Part shown: positions 7,963 through 16,165 of the stretch, piece after piece
Numbering within the stretch: position 1 is the first letter of the stretch
Layout of the letters: every line of letters starts with the position of its first letter
From: Candidatus Woesearchaeota archaeon
GTDB lineage: Archaea > Nanobdellota > Nanobdellia > Pacearchaeales > GW2011-AR1
Reading direction: 5' to 3'
Length of the DNA stretch: 37,093 nt
NCBI GenBank assembly: GCA_964604105.1
Contig: CAZRXO010000003.1
Coordinates: forward strand, 1 to 37,093
Translations under genes and position numbers: made by a program
Notes under the pieces: generated by a model
The model's database searches: none
Told to the model about the DNA's origin: nothing
What the model saw: only the letters and a program-made list of their open reading frames with translations

Positions 7963-10752
7963 ATGAAAGAGGCAGACTCAAAAAATAAGGTTGATTTTGT
8001 AAAATGGTTTTCTGAAATGAATAAAAACTCTGGAAATATTGCCGGAGGAAAAGGAGCAAACCTTGCAGAAATCTATAATTTAAAGGTCGCTGTTCCACCA
8101 GGATTTGTCGTCACTGCACAAGCTTATGATTATTTTATAGAAATAGCAGGAATAAAACAAAAAATTCGAGAACTTTTGTCAACAATAAATTATGAAGATA
8201 CAAAACAATTAGACAAGATAACAAAAAACATTCGAGCTCTCATAGAAGATTCAGAATTCCCAGAAGAGATGAAAGAAGAAATTATAGAATCTTATGAGCA
8301 ATTAGATGAAAACCCCGAAGATTTTAGAAGCAAACCAGTTTCAGATATTTTAAATGCAGCACACGAACCAACATTTGTCGCAGTTCGTTCATCAGCAACA
8401 GCAGAAGATTTAGCCGGAGCATCATTCGCAGGACAACAAGATACTTTTCTAAATGTAAAAGGCAAAGAAGATTTATTGCACAACATTAAAATGTGTTTCG
8501 CCTCGCTGTTCACTTCACGGGCAACATATTACAGAAATAAAAAAGGATTCAAACATGACCAAGTCAGCCTCGCTGTTGTAGTTCAGAAAATGATTGACTC
8601 TGACAAGTCGGGGGTAATTTTCTCAAAAGACCCCTCATATAATAATGAAAATGTAATTATCGAGGCTGTTTGGGGTTTAGGAGAAGGAATTGTTTCAGGA
8701 AAAGTAACGCCCGATCGTTATGTTGTTTCAAAAGATTTTAATATTTTAGAAAAAACCATTGCAGATAAAAAAATAGCCTTGACAAGAGATTCAGGGGGGG
8801 GGAAAGCAATTGTAAAATTAAGAGAAGAAAAATCAAAACACCAAGTTCTGAAGGATCATGAAATTGAAAAACTTGCAGAAATAGCAATAAAATTAGAAGA
8901 GCATTATGGAAAACCACAAGACATAGAATTCGCAATTGAAGACGATGAAATTTACATTGTGCAAACGAGACCAATTACCACAATGGAGAAAAGACATGAA
9001 GAACACGAAGTAAGAGAATTAAAAGGAGAAGTTCTTATCACAGGCTTAGCAGCTTCGCCAGGAATTGGTTCTGGAAAATTAAGAATTATTGAAGACTTAA
9101 AAGATTTAGATAAAATAAAACAAGGAGATATTTTAGTTACAAAAATGACAAACCCAGACATGGTAGTCACAATGCAAAAAGCAGCAGCAATAGTAACTGA
9201 CGACGGGGGCATGACTGCGCACGCTTCAATTGTCTCGCGAGAAATGGGAATCCCGTGCGTGGTTGGAACACATGAAGCAACAACATTGCTAAAAGACGGG
9301 GAAGTAATTACTGTCGACGGTTACACCGGAAAAATCTACAAAGACAAGGTTGCAGAGACGCAACAAAAAGAAGTAAAGAAAGTCACAGCACAAACAAAAA
9401 CAAAAATAAAAGTTATTGTTGATTTGCCAACATTCGCACCTCGTGCAGCTAAGACTGGAATTAAATCTGTGGGGCTTACTAGAATTGAGGGAATCATTGC
9501 AGAATCAGGAAAACACCCAAATTACTTTTTACAAAAAAACAAGATTGAAGATTATACAGAAGTAATTTTCAATGGAGTTAAAGAAATTGCAAAATACTTT
9601 GAAGAAATTTGGGTGAGAACTTCAGATATTCGAAGCGATGAATTTGAAAACCTTGAGGGATTTCCAGGATATGAAGAAGCAAATCCCATGCTTGGTCTTC
9701 ACGGAATTCGTTACAGTTTAAAGCAGCCAGAAATTCTAAAAGCAGAATTAAAAGCTTTACAAAAAGTTGCGCAAACAGGAACAAAGGTTGGATTACTTTT
9801 ACCTCAAGTTATTTCTGTCGAAGAAGTTGCAAAAGTAAAAGAATATTTAGAAGAAATAAAATTCAATGATGCACGAGTCGGGGTAATGGTAGAAACACCT
9901 GCGGCAGTTCAAATAATTGGGTTGCTATGCGACGAGGGGATAGATTTCATTTCATTTGGGACAAATGATTTAACGCAATATATCCTCGCTGTTGATAGAG
10001 GAAATGAAAAAGTTCAACATCTCTACAATGAATTGCACCCCGCAGTTTTAGCGCAACTCGCTTATGTCATAAGAGTTTGTAAAAGAAATAAGGTAGAAAC
10101 TTCAATTTGCGGGCAAGCAGGTTCAAAAAAAGAAATGGTTAAATATTTAGTAGAAACAGGAATAGATTCAATTTCTGTAAATGCAGATATGGCTGCGGAA
10201 ATTGCAGATTATGTTGCAGAGATAGAAAAAAATTCTCCAAATCAAAAACAAGAGGAAGAACAAAAAACAGAAATAAAAAAAGTAACCCCTGCAATGTTTG
10301 AAAAAAATAAACATAAAGAAGAAAACATTTTTGAAAAAGCAATAGATAAAGTAGAAGAAGTTGTCGGAGAATTCACTAATAATAAATCTGGGGAAGCTTT
10401 TGTATTACCTCCAGAAGTTTCAAATAAACTAGATGAAGAATCAGAAGAAGTTCCAGTGATAAGGGGTGCAGAAAACTTAGAAAAATCTGAAGAACAATCA
10501 GTTGAACAAGATGATGCAGTAGTTGAACCTCAGAGTGAAACTCCTTTCCCCTTAACAGATTCTCCTAGCAATAGCGAGCAAGATGAATTCAACCACGAAA
10601 ACATTTCAGAACATGACAAAGAGCATTTTGCGAAGACAGATGATGTTCCAAAACCAATAGAAAAACAAGAAGAAAACCAAGAGCCAGAATTTAATGAAGA
10701 TAATATATCTGAACACGAAAAACAAGAGGATGAAGTTCTAGATATTTTCTAA
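7963..10752 (+). CDS. ppsA: phosphoenolpyruvate synthase (pyruvate, water dikinase) with long acidic C-terminal extension
   Basis: ATP-grasp N-domain (GGKGANLAE), phosphohistidine swivel motif GGMTAHASIVSREMGIPCVVG, PEP-utilising TIM-barrel motifs (GTNDLTQY, SICGQAG). About 175 extra E/Q/D-rich residues after the catalytic core. Confidence 0.95.
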   Translation: MKEADSKNKVDFVKWFSEMNKNSGNIAGGKGANLAEIYNLKVAVPPGFVVTAQAYDYFIEIAGIKQKIRELLSTINYEDTKQLDKITKNIRALIEDSEFPEEMKEEIIESYEQLDENPEDFRSKPVSDILNAAHEPTFVAVRSSATAEDLAGASFAGQQDTFLNVKGKEDLLHNIKMCFASLFTSRATYYRNKKGFKHDQVSLAVVVQKMIDSDKSGVIFSKDPSYNNENVIIEAVWGLGEGIVSGKVTPDRYVVSKDFNILEKTIADKKIALTRDSGGGKAIVKLREEKSKHQVLKDHEIEKLAEIAIKLEEHYGKPQDIEFAIEDDEIYIVQTRPITTMEKRHEEHEVRELKGEVLITGLAASPGIGSGKLRIIEDLKDLDKIKQGDILVTKMTNPDMVVTMQKAAAIVTDDGGMTAHASIVSREMGIPCVVGTHEATTLLKDGEVITVDGYTGKIYKDKVAETQQKEVKKVTAQTKTKIKVIVDLPTFAPRAAKTGIKSVGLTRIEGIIAESGKHPNYFLQKNKIEDYTEVIFNGVKEIAKYFEEIWVRTSDIRSDEFENLEGFPGYEEANPMLGLHGIRYSLKQPEILKAELKALQKVAQTGTKVGLLLPQVISVEEVAKVKEYLEEIKFNDARVGVMVETPAAVQIIGLLCDEGIDFISFGTNDLTQYILAVDRGNEKVQHLYNELHPAVLAQLAYVIRVCKRNKVETSICGQAGSKKEMVKYLVETGIDSISVNADMAAEIADYVAEIEKNSPNQKQEEEQKTEIKKVTPAMFEKNKHKEENIFEKAIDKVEEVVGEFTNNKSGEAFVLPPEVSNKLDEESEEVPVIRGAENLEKSEEQSVEQDDAVVEPQSETPFPLTDSPSNSEQDEFNHENISEHDKEHFAKTDDVPKPIEKQEENQEPEFNEDNISEHEKQEDEVLDIF

Positions 10753-10754
10753 AT

Positions 10755-10764
10755 ATTTATAAAT
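10755..10764 (+). promoter_or_regulatory. TATA-box-like element upstream of 10785 CDS
   Basis: atttataaat lies 21-30 nt upstream of the ATG. Same spacing is seen at several other genes in this window. Confidence 0.4.
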
Positions 10765-10784
10765 CCCCCAACCCTCCTTATAAT

Positions 10785-11372
10785 ATGCCAAAAAAAGTTA
10801 TTCTCAAAAAGAAAGTATCCCCAAGAAAAACACCAAATTCTGGAGCAAAGAAAAAACCCTCGCCAATAGATTCAACACAGAAAAGTCTAAATGATAATTT
10901 CATTGCTCTTCAAAAGGTTATGACAAATCTTGCTATAAAATTTGATAGTCTATCATCTCAAATTTCTCAACTATTAAATTTATTTGAAATCTCTGCAAAA
11001 GCTCTCGCTGAGAAAGATTTTGATTTTGAAAAATCAAACAAAGACAATAAAAAGATTATAGAAAAATTAGATACACTCTCAGAACAAAATAAAATAATTG
11101 CGCGAGGATTGACCTTAATGCATGAAAAATTTGAACCAGAATCAGAAGAGGTTGAGGAAGAAATTTCCGAACAAAGACCAATGCCTTCGATGAGATCCCC
11201 TAGGCCCCTGCCCACAAGACCTATGGCAAATCCTGCGAATCCTCAAGCAATCAAAGCACAACTTGAACAAAAAGATTCCTTAGGAAGAGCATCAAATATC
11301 CATCGTCTTGGGAAAAACGACCAATATTACAAATCAATTGCTGATCAAAACAAAGAAAAACCAAGGCAATAA
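10785..11372 (+). CDS. hypothetical protein: basic N-terminus, coiled-coil middle, Pro-rich C-terminal part
   Basis: ORF track. Heptad-like segment LNDNFIALQKVMTNLAIKFDSLSSQISQLLNLFEISAKALAE. PMPSMRSPRPLPTRPMANPANP tract. Confidence 0.6.
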   Translation: MPKKVILKKKVSPRKTPNSGAKKKPSPIDSTQKSLNDNFIALQKVMTNLAIKFDSLSSQISQLLNLFEISAKALAEKDFDFEKSNKDNKKIIEKLDTLSEQNKIIARGLTLMHEKFEPESEEVEEEISEQRPMPSMRSPRPLPTRPMANPANPQAIKAQLEQKDSLGRASNIHRLGKNDQYYKSIADQNKEKPRQ

Positions 11373-11477
11373 AATTAATCTGAAATAAATTCCAATCATT
11401 TGCTCAACCATACTAAATCTTTTTCTTCTTAACAACTTTCTCTAAAATTTTATATACTCTCCTTCCCTAAACCCAAT

Positions 11478-12143
11478 ATGATAAAAAATTCCTCAAAAGA
11501 TTTCAAAAGAAAATTTTTACTTGCATTTACAAATCAATTAATCAGAGCGCACACCCCAAGATATTTTTTAGACCAACAAATCAAGGGAAGAATTAAGGAG
11601 GTAGACCAAGAAAAACAATCTCAAGAAACAAAATTCAAAACATTAAAAGAATTAAAAAAAGAAGTCCCAGAGCTTTTTAACAAACCATATTTTAAAAGAA
11701 CACAAGAAATTAGAGAAACCCCGATGAAAATTCTGAGAATCCCAGAACCAAAACTCCCACCACATTTGCAATATCTTAGGCCCACTGCAAAATCTGATGT
11801 AAAAATTAATCTGGGAAAACTAAATCCCTTGCTTGCAGACCCCCAAGTAAAATCAATTGAATGTAATGGGGAAAATCAAAAAGTCATTGTAAGAATTCCC
11901 CAACCAAAACCCGCAAACATTCAATTAACAAAAGAAGAAATAGATAACATAATAGATAAATTCGAACAAGAATCAAAGATTCCTGCTGATGAGGGTTTTT
12001 ACAGAGTCGCTGTTGGGGCATTAGTTTTCTCTGCAATAATTTCAGACTTAACCGGCTCGAGATTCTTGATTAAAAAAATTCCTCAACAAAAACAAATGCC
12101 TCAAAGAAGAATGCAGGAATTTAGGCCTATGATGAGGAGATAA
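11478..12143 (+). CDS. protein resembling only the N-terminal (pre-Walker A) part of FlaI/VirB11/TadA-type secretion ATPases
   Basis: LNPLLADPQVKSIECNGENQKVIV...LTKEEIDNIIDKF...GSRFLIKK matches by eye the L.PLL.DP.V.EI..NG...V.V / ..GSR..I.K pattern that precedes the P-loop in these ATPases. The ORF stops before any Walker A. Confidence 0.55.
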   Translation: MIKNSSKDFKRKFLLAFTNQLIRAHTPRYFLDQQIKGRIKEVDQEKQSQETKFKTLKELKKEVPELFNKPYFKRTQEIRETPMKILRIPEPKLPPHLQYLRPTAKSDVKINLGKLNPLLADPQVKSIECNGENQKVIVRIPQPKPANIQLTKEEIDNIIDKFEQESKIPADEGFYRVAVGALVFSAIISDLTGSRFLIKKIPQQKQMPQRRMQEFRPMMRR

Positions 12144-12290
12144 TTATTTTTTAAAGTCATAAAGTCTTTCTACATCAATTCTATCCCAAGTTAATTTTTG
12201 AGAATGATTTTCTCCTTGTAAAAGTCTCAAAGAATTTGTAGCAAAAAGATGCCCATCATTTGTTAATATGTATTTTAGTCGCGTTTTCAT
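12144..12290 (-). CDS. unannotated small ORF, 48 aa (MKTRLKYILTNDGHLFATNSLRLLQGENHSQKLTWDRIDVERLYDFKK)
   Basis: Hand translation. ATG at 12290 is 1 nt past the stop of 12292..12759, so it would be the third gene of that minus-strand unit. Confidence 0.35.
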   Translation of the reverse strand: MKTRLKYILTNDGHLFATNSLRLLQGENHSQKLTWDRIDVERLYDFKK

Positions 12291-12291
12291 A

Positions 12292-12759
12292 TTATCTCCA
12301 AAGATCAATTTTCAATTCACTCTTTTCTCTTTCCTCAACCAATTTCTTTACATCAGGAAAGATTTCTTCTATAAATTTTTCTAGTTTTCCAGCCAATTCT
12401 TCAACAGGGTTTTTATTTGAAATGAGACTTACATTGACAAAATCATAGCAATAATCATCATTACTTTTTTTAAAATTCATACGCCTTACCCATATCAAAA
12501 TATTCTCAGGAGTCAAATAAATACTTCCTCTATCAAAGTTAATTCCATTAATATATGTAGAGTTGTTCTCCAGATAAACTCCAATCTCACGTTCCATTTG
12601 AATAATTGTCTGTACTCCCATTCTTCCTAACTCTGAAGAATTATATTTATCAGGATTTCTTGGGAAACATATTGCTTTTTGATATTTTGAACCAACTTTT
12701 CTCTCCCTTTTATTATCTCCTCTTTGCTTTGCATTAAGTATTTTGGATAACTCGCTCAT
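12292..12759 (-). CDS. hypothetical protein, 155 aa
   Basis: ORF track. 4-nt ATGA overlap with the upstream ORF. Confidence 0.6.
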   Translation of the reverse strand: MSELSKILNAKQRGDNKRERKVGSKYQKAICFPRNPDKYNSSELGRMGVQTIIQMEREIGVYLENNSTYINGINFDRGSIYLTPENILIWVRRMNFKKSNDDYCYDFVNVSLISNKNPVEELAGKLEKFIEEIFPDVKKLVEEREKSELKIDLWR

Positions 12760-13085
12760 TTTATTTTTCCTTCTAAATTTTTTGTTTCGAGATTCAAATC
12801 TCTTTCAAAATCCTCTAGTTTTTCTTTTTGAATATCTTTAATAAAAACATATTTCCCATCTTTATCTTCTACAAAGATTCTTTCATTGTAAAATAATTCA
12901 TGTGTTTGGATTACTAATTCATTTTTGCCATCCTTATCAAAATCTTGAAAATAAGCAGCCTCAGGCAACCCCGCATTCTTCCCTGTGGAATACATTCCAC
13001 CCATCAAGACACATAGAGCACAAAAAGCGGGCATCAGCCAGTTGTATTTGTTAGTTGTACATTTATCTTCTTCCATAAAAGTCAC
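12756..13085 (-). CDS. small membrane-anchored protein with DxDxDG-like (FG-GAP/EF-hand-like) motif
   Basis: TM helix WLMPAFCALCVLMGGMY, then FQDFDKDGKNELV. Confidence 0.55.
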   Translation of the reverse strand: MTFMEEDKCTTNKYNWLMPAFCALCVLMGGMYSTGKNAGLPEAAYFQDFDKDGKNELVIQTHELFYNERIFVEDKDGKYVFIKDIQKEKLEDFERDLNLETKNLEGKIK

Positions 13086-13144
13086 TAATATTTCCAGTTT
13101 ATCTAACTTTTACCTCATATGTCTGTCTTTTATCTATATCTCCT

Positions 13145-13162
13145 CCAAAACATTTAAATAAT
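13145..13162 (+). promoter_or_regulatory. BRE/TATA-like promoter of the HTH_10 gene (ccaaaacaTTTAAATAat)
   Basis: TATA-like tttaaata lies 22-29 nt upstream of ATG 13182. Nearly the same sequence precedes the paralogue at 32252. Confidence 0.45.
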
Positions 13163-13181
13163 ACCTGATATATAATATAGT

Positions 13182-13841
13182 ATGTGGAAAGCAGTCTTCG
13201 AAGGAAAACATAATAGTTGCCTAATTGCTCCCTTATGTAAAAAATATAAAATTACAGATTTTGTTTACTTAGTAAATGCTTGGAAAGAAAAGAATTCTTT
13301 CTATTATACAGAGGCTCATGTTTTGCAAGGTGGTGAAGAAGATAAAAAGAAATTTGTCAAAGAAATGAAAAAAGAAAAAAGTATAATCAAATTTGAACAG
13401 CGAGGGAATTTTATCATTACTTTAAATAAAAGACCAGAATGGCTTTCAGTTTATATGCCTCTTTGGGATAAAAGATTAATTCAAACAAAACCAATTGTTC
13501 AAAAATCAGATGGGACAGAAATTTGGGAACTCGGTTGTTGGGATAAAGAACCTTTAACATATATTCTTGAAAAATTACCTAAAGAATTTGAAATTAAATT
13601 AAAATCAATTACTCAGGAAAAGATTGATGAAATTTTTCTTCCACATATTATGCCCAAACTAAGTCAAAGACAAAAAGAGATAATTCAACTTGCAGTCAAG
13701 GAAGGTTACTTTGATTTTCCAAGAAAAATAAATTTAGATGGTCTAGCGAAAAAGACAAATCTTTCAAAACAAACAGTTCAACAACATCTTAGATTTGCAG
13801 AAAAGAAATTAGTACCTTTTTTGACAGAAAATATTTTGTGA
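13182..13841 (+). CDS. HTH_10 (bacterio-opsin-activator-type C-terminal HTH) family transcriptional regulator
   Basis: C-terminal LSQRQKEIIQLAVKEGYFDFPRKINLDGLAKKTNLSKQTVQQHLRFAEKKLV is the typical HTH_10 pattern. Paralogue at 32252..32923. Confidence 0.8.
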   Translation: MWKAVFEGKHNSCLIAPLCKKYKITDFVYLVNAWKEKNSFYYTEAHVLQGGEEDKKKFVKEMKKEKSIIKFEQRGNFIITLNKRPEWLSVYMPLWDKRLIQTKPIVQKSDGTEIWELGCWDKEPLTYILEKLPKEFEIKLKSITQEKIDEIFLPHIMPKLSQRQKEIIQLAVKEGYFDFPRKINLDGLAKKTNLSKQTVQQHLRFAEKKLVPFLTENIL

Positions 13842-13896
13842 GATAACTCGCTGTCGCTCGAATATACTAACTCCAAATCCGCCATGAGGCAGGATT

Positions 13897-14053
13897 TTCC
13901 GTCGAGAAATCTATTAACCCAAAAACAACTTTCACATATATTTTAGACTAATGCTCACAGAGTTAAAAATATTTTCCTATTAATAACTTTTCCTCAGCGA
14001 GAAATTCGCCTGCAATTTCGAGCAATCAATTTTGCCGAAGGCAAGAATTCTAA
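13897..14053 (+). repeat. intergenic repeat family, copy A
   Basis: Contains gagaaatctattaacccaaaaacaactttcacat and agcgagaaattcgcctgcaatttcgagcaatcaattttgccgaaggcaag. Collinear with copy B by eye. Confidence 0.75.
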
Positions 14054-16126
14054 TCACTTCAGCATCAAACTAATATTTCTCTTAATATCAGCCTCTAAAG
14101 AAGCCTTTTTTTTATCTAAATCATCTTTTTGTCTTTTCAAATTATCCTGAATTTTTTTATTAAACTCTGCCTGAACTCTTTTTTTAAGTTCATTTTCTTT
14201 TCTAGCTAATTCTCTATCAAGTTCTGCATGAAGTTTTTCTGTAATCTCTTTAATCTTTTTAGCATCAGTCATTTTTAACTTTCTCTCAAAACTTTTTCTC
14301 CCAGTTAATAGTTCCTTCACAGTTCTTCTCTCAACAGAAAGATTTTCTCTAATATCTTGCAATGTCTGTTCTTTTTCATGAAGATGTCTTTTTACTTCTT
14401 TGATTTTCCCTTCATTTTCTTTTCGTTTCATATCAAGTTGCTTTTGAGAAAGTCTCTTTTGATTTTCAATCTCATTATTTAATCTATCTAAGAAATTTTT
14501 CTCCAACTCATCGTGAATCTTTTTCTTTTCTTCAATTAATTTAATCCTCAAATTTCTATTGGCTTCTGCAAGAAGTTTCTTCATTAAGATTCTTTTTTGT
14601 TCTTTAAATTTCTCTCTTTCTCTTTTCTTAATCTTATTAAATTCCTGTTGCAAAGAATGCTTTTTTAGTTCAATTGATTCAATATATTCTGCTTTATTTT
14701 TTTCAAACTCCTTTTCCTCTTTTTCAATAAGAACCTTTCCAGAATCAATTTGTTTTCTTAGCCTGTCCATTCGCATTCCTGCAAGTTCTTCTTTGCGCCT
14801 CAGGTTTTCATAATTATTCTTTAACTCTTGTTTAGATTTCTCAATTCTATTTTTTTGTTCCTGAATTCCTAAAAGAGTTTTATGCTCATGAAATTTAAGC
14901 TCATTCATATGTTTGTTATATCTTCCTTCTAAAATCTTTTTTCGGGAGTCGTAAATACCCTCCAATTTATCTTTTTCCCTTGAGATTGAGCTATTTAATT
15001 TTTTATTAAATTCTTCTTTTAATCTTTCTCTTCTTTCATTTGTTTGTTTCTTAACTTCAGCAACAACCTTGTTATGGAACTTCTCTTTCAAAACCTTTTC
15101 CTTAGATTCAATCTCACCATGAATTCTTTTAGTTCCTTCTTCAGAAATCTTTTTGTAATATTGTTTTTTTTCGCGTTCTAATTGAGCATTTTTCTCTTTT
15201 AATTTCTTTTCAACTTTATCAAAGAATTCTTTTTTATCATTAGCCAATTGAGCACGTTTCTCCTTTGTCTCTTTTTTAATTCTATTAAGAAGTTCTTTTT
15301 TTTCATTTTCTAACTGAGCATTTTTCTCTTTTAATTTCTTTTCAACTTTATCAAAGAATTCTTTCTTTTCATTAGTCAATTGAGAACTTTTTTCTCTTAG
15401 CTCTTTCTTAGTTTTATTAAAGAATTCTTTTTTATCAACTTCAATCTTCGCTGTTTTTTCATCAATTACTTTCTTAACTTCTCTTGCTTCTTCTTCTGTT
15501 AAATCTTTTTTAAGTCCAGTAATAAAATCAATGTACTTTTCATCAACTAATGTCCCAACTTCACCGTCTATTTTCCTCTTCTCTTCTTTTTTCTTTTTTT
15601 CCTCAAACATATTCTTTAAATTTCTAATTTGAGAATTTAGTTTTTTATATTCTTCATTTATTTTGTTATCTTTCAAACGAGCAATCTTTAATGCTTGCAA
15701 TCTTTTTTCTTCTCCAATCTCTCTTTCTCTTTTAGCAATTTTTAATGTCTGTTTGCTTTTTTGCTCTTCAAGTTCTTTATCTTTTTTCAATCGTGTAATC
15801 TGTGTCTTTAATCTCGGAACTTCTTCCTCCTTAAGTTTAGAATATTTTCTTCTAATCTTTTTTATTGAAGATGTTTTTTTCTTAATCTTCGCCATTTTCG
15901 TCTTTAGTTTTTTAAGTCTTTTTTCAATTTCATCAATAGAAGTGGGATCTTTTAGTTGGGATTTTATTATATTAACTTCAACCTCAAATTTCTTGGGCGG
16001 GTCAAGAATTCGAACTTCTCTTTTCAATTCTTTTAATCTATCGATTTTCTCCTCGTAATTCACAAATTTCTTAGGAATATTCTTAACTATTTTTTTAGAT
16101 TTTTTCTTTACCTCTTTCTTCGCCAT
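14054..16126 (-). CDS. 690-aa Lys/Glu-rich coiled-coil protein with 22-aa repeats
   Basis: ORF track. Almost entirely K/E/R/L heptad-like sequence. No TM or signal peptide. Immediately downstream of the giant membrane protein. Confidence 0.75.
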   Translation of the reverse strand: MAKKEVKKKSKKIVKNIPKKFVNYEEKIDRLKELKREVRILDPPKKFEVEVNIIKSQLKDPTSIDEIEKRLKKLKTKMAKIKKKTSSIKKIRRKYSKLKEEEVPRLKTQITRLKKDKELEEQKSKQTLKIAKREREIGEEKRLQALKIARLKDNKINEEYKKLNSQIRNLKNMFEEKKKKEEKRKIDGEVGTLVDEKYIDFITGLKKDLTEEEAREVKKVIDEKTAKIEVDKKEFFNKTKKELREKSSQLTNEKKEFFDKVEKKLKEKNAQLENEKKELLNRIKKETKEKRAQLANDKKEFFDKVEKKLKEKNAQLEREKKQYYKKISEEGTKRIHGEIESKEKVLKEKFHNKVVAEVKKQTNERRERLKEEFNKKLNSSISREKDKLEGIYDSRKKILEGRYNKHMNELKFHEHKTLLGIQEQKNRIEKSKQELKNNYENLRRKEELAGMRMDRLRKQIDSGKVLIEKEEKEFEKNKAEYIESIELKKHSLQQEFNKIKKREREKFKEQKRILMKKLLAEANRNLRIKLIEEKKKIHDELEKNFLDRLNNEIENQKRLSQKQLDMKRKENEGKIKEVKRHLHEKEQTLQDIRENLSVERRTVKELLTGRKSFERKLKMTDAKKIKEITEKLHAELDRELARKENELKKRVQAEFNKKIQDNLKRQKDDLDKKKASLEADIKRNISLMLK
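15170..15470 (-). repeat. in-frame tandem repeats inside the coiled-coil gene (66-nt / 22-aa unit)
   Basis: A 49-nt string tgagcatttttctcttttaatttcttttcaactttatcaaagaattctt occurs identically at 15183-15231 and 15315-15363. Degenerate units lie between and after. Protein unit is KKEFFDKVEKKLKEKNAQLENE. Confidence 0.85.
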
Positions 16127-16165
16127 CTTTTGTATATTATTTAATCTCTTTTAATTTAAAAAACT

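Noticed and set aside
14559-16058. Plus-strand ORFs 14559..14813 and 15663..16058 (Ser/Phe/Leu-rich), and similar ones at 19716..20033, 19855..20118 and 20959..21189
   Set aside because: They are the reverse complement of K/E-rich or E-rich low-complexity coding sequence, which automatically yields open F/S/L-rich frames. They have no start context or motifs.
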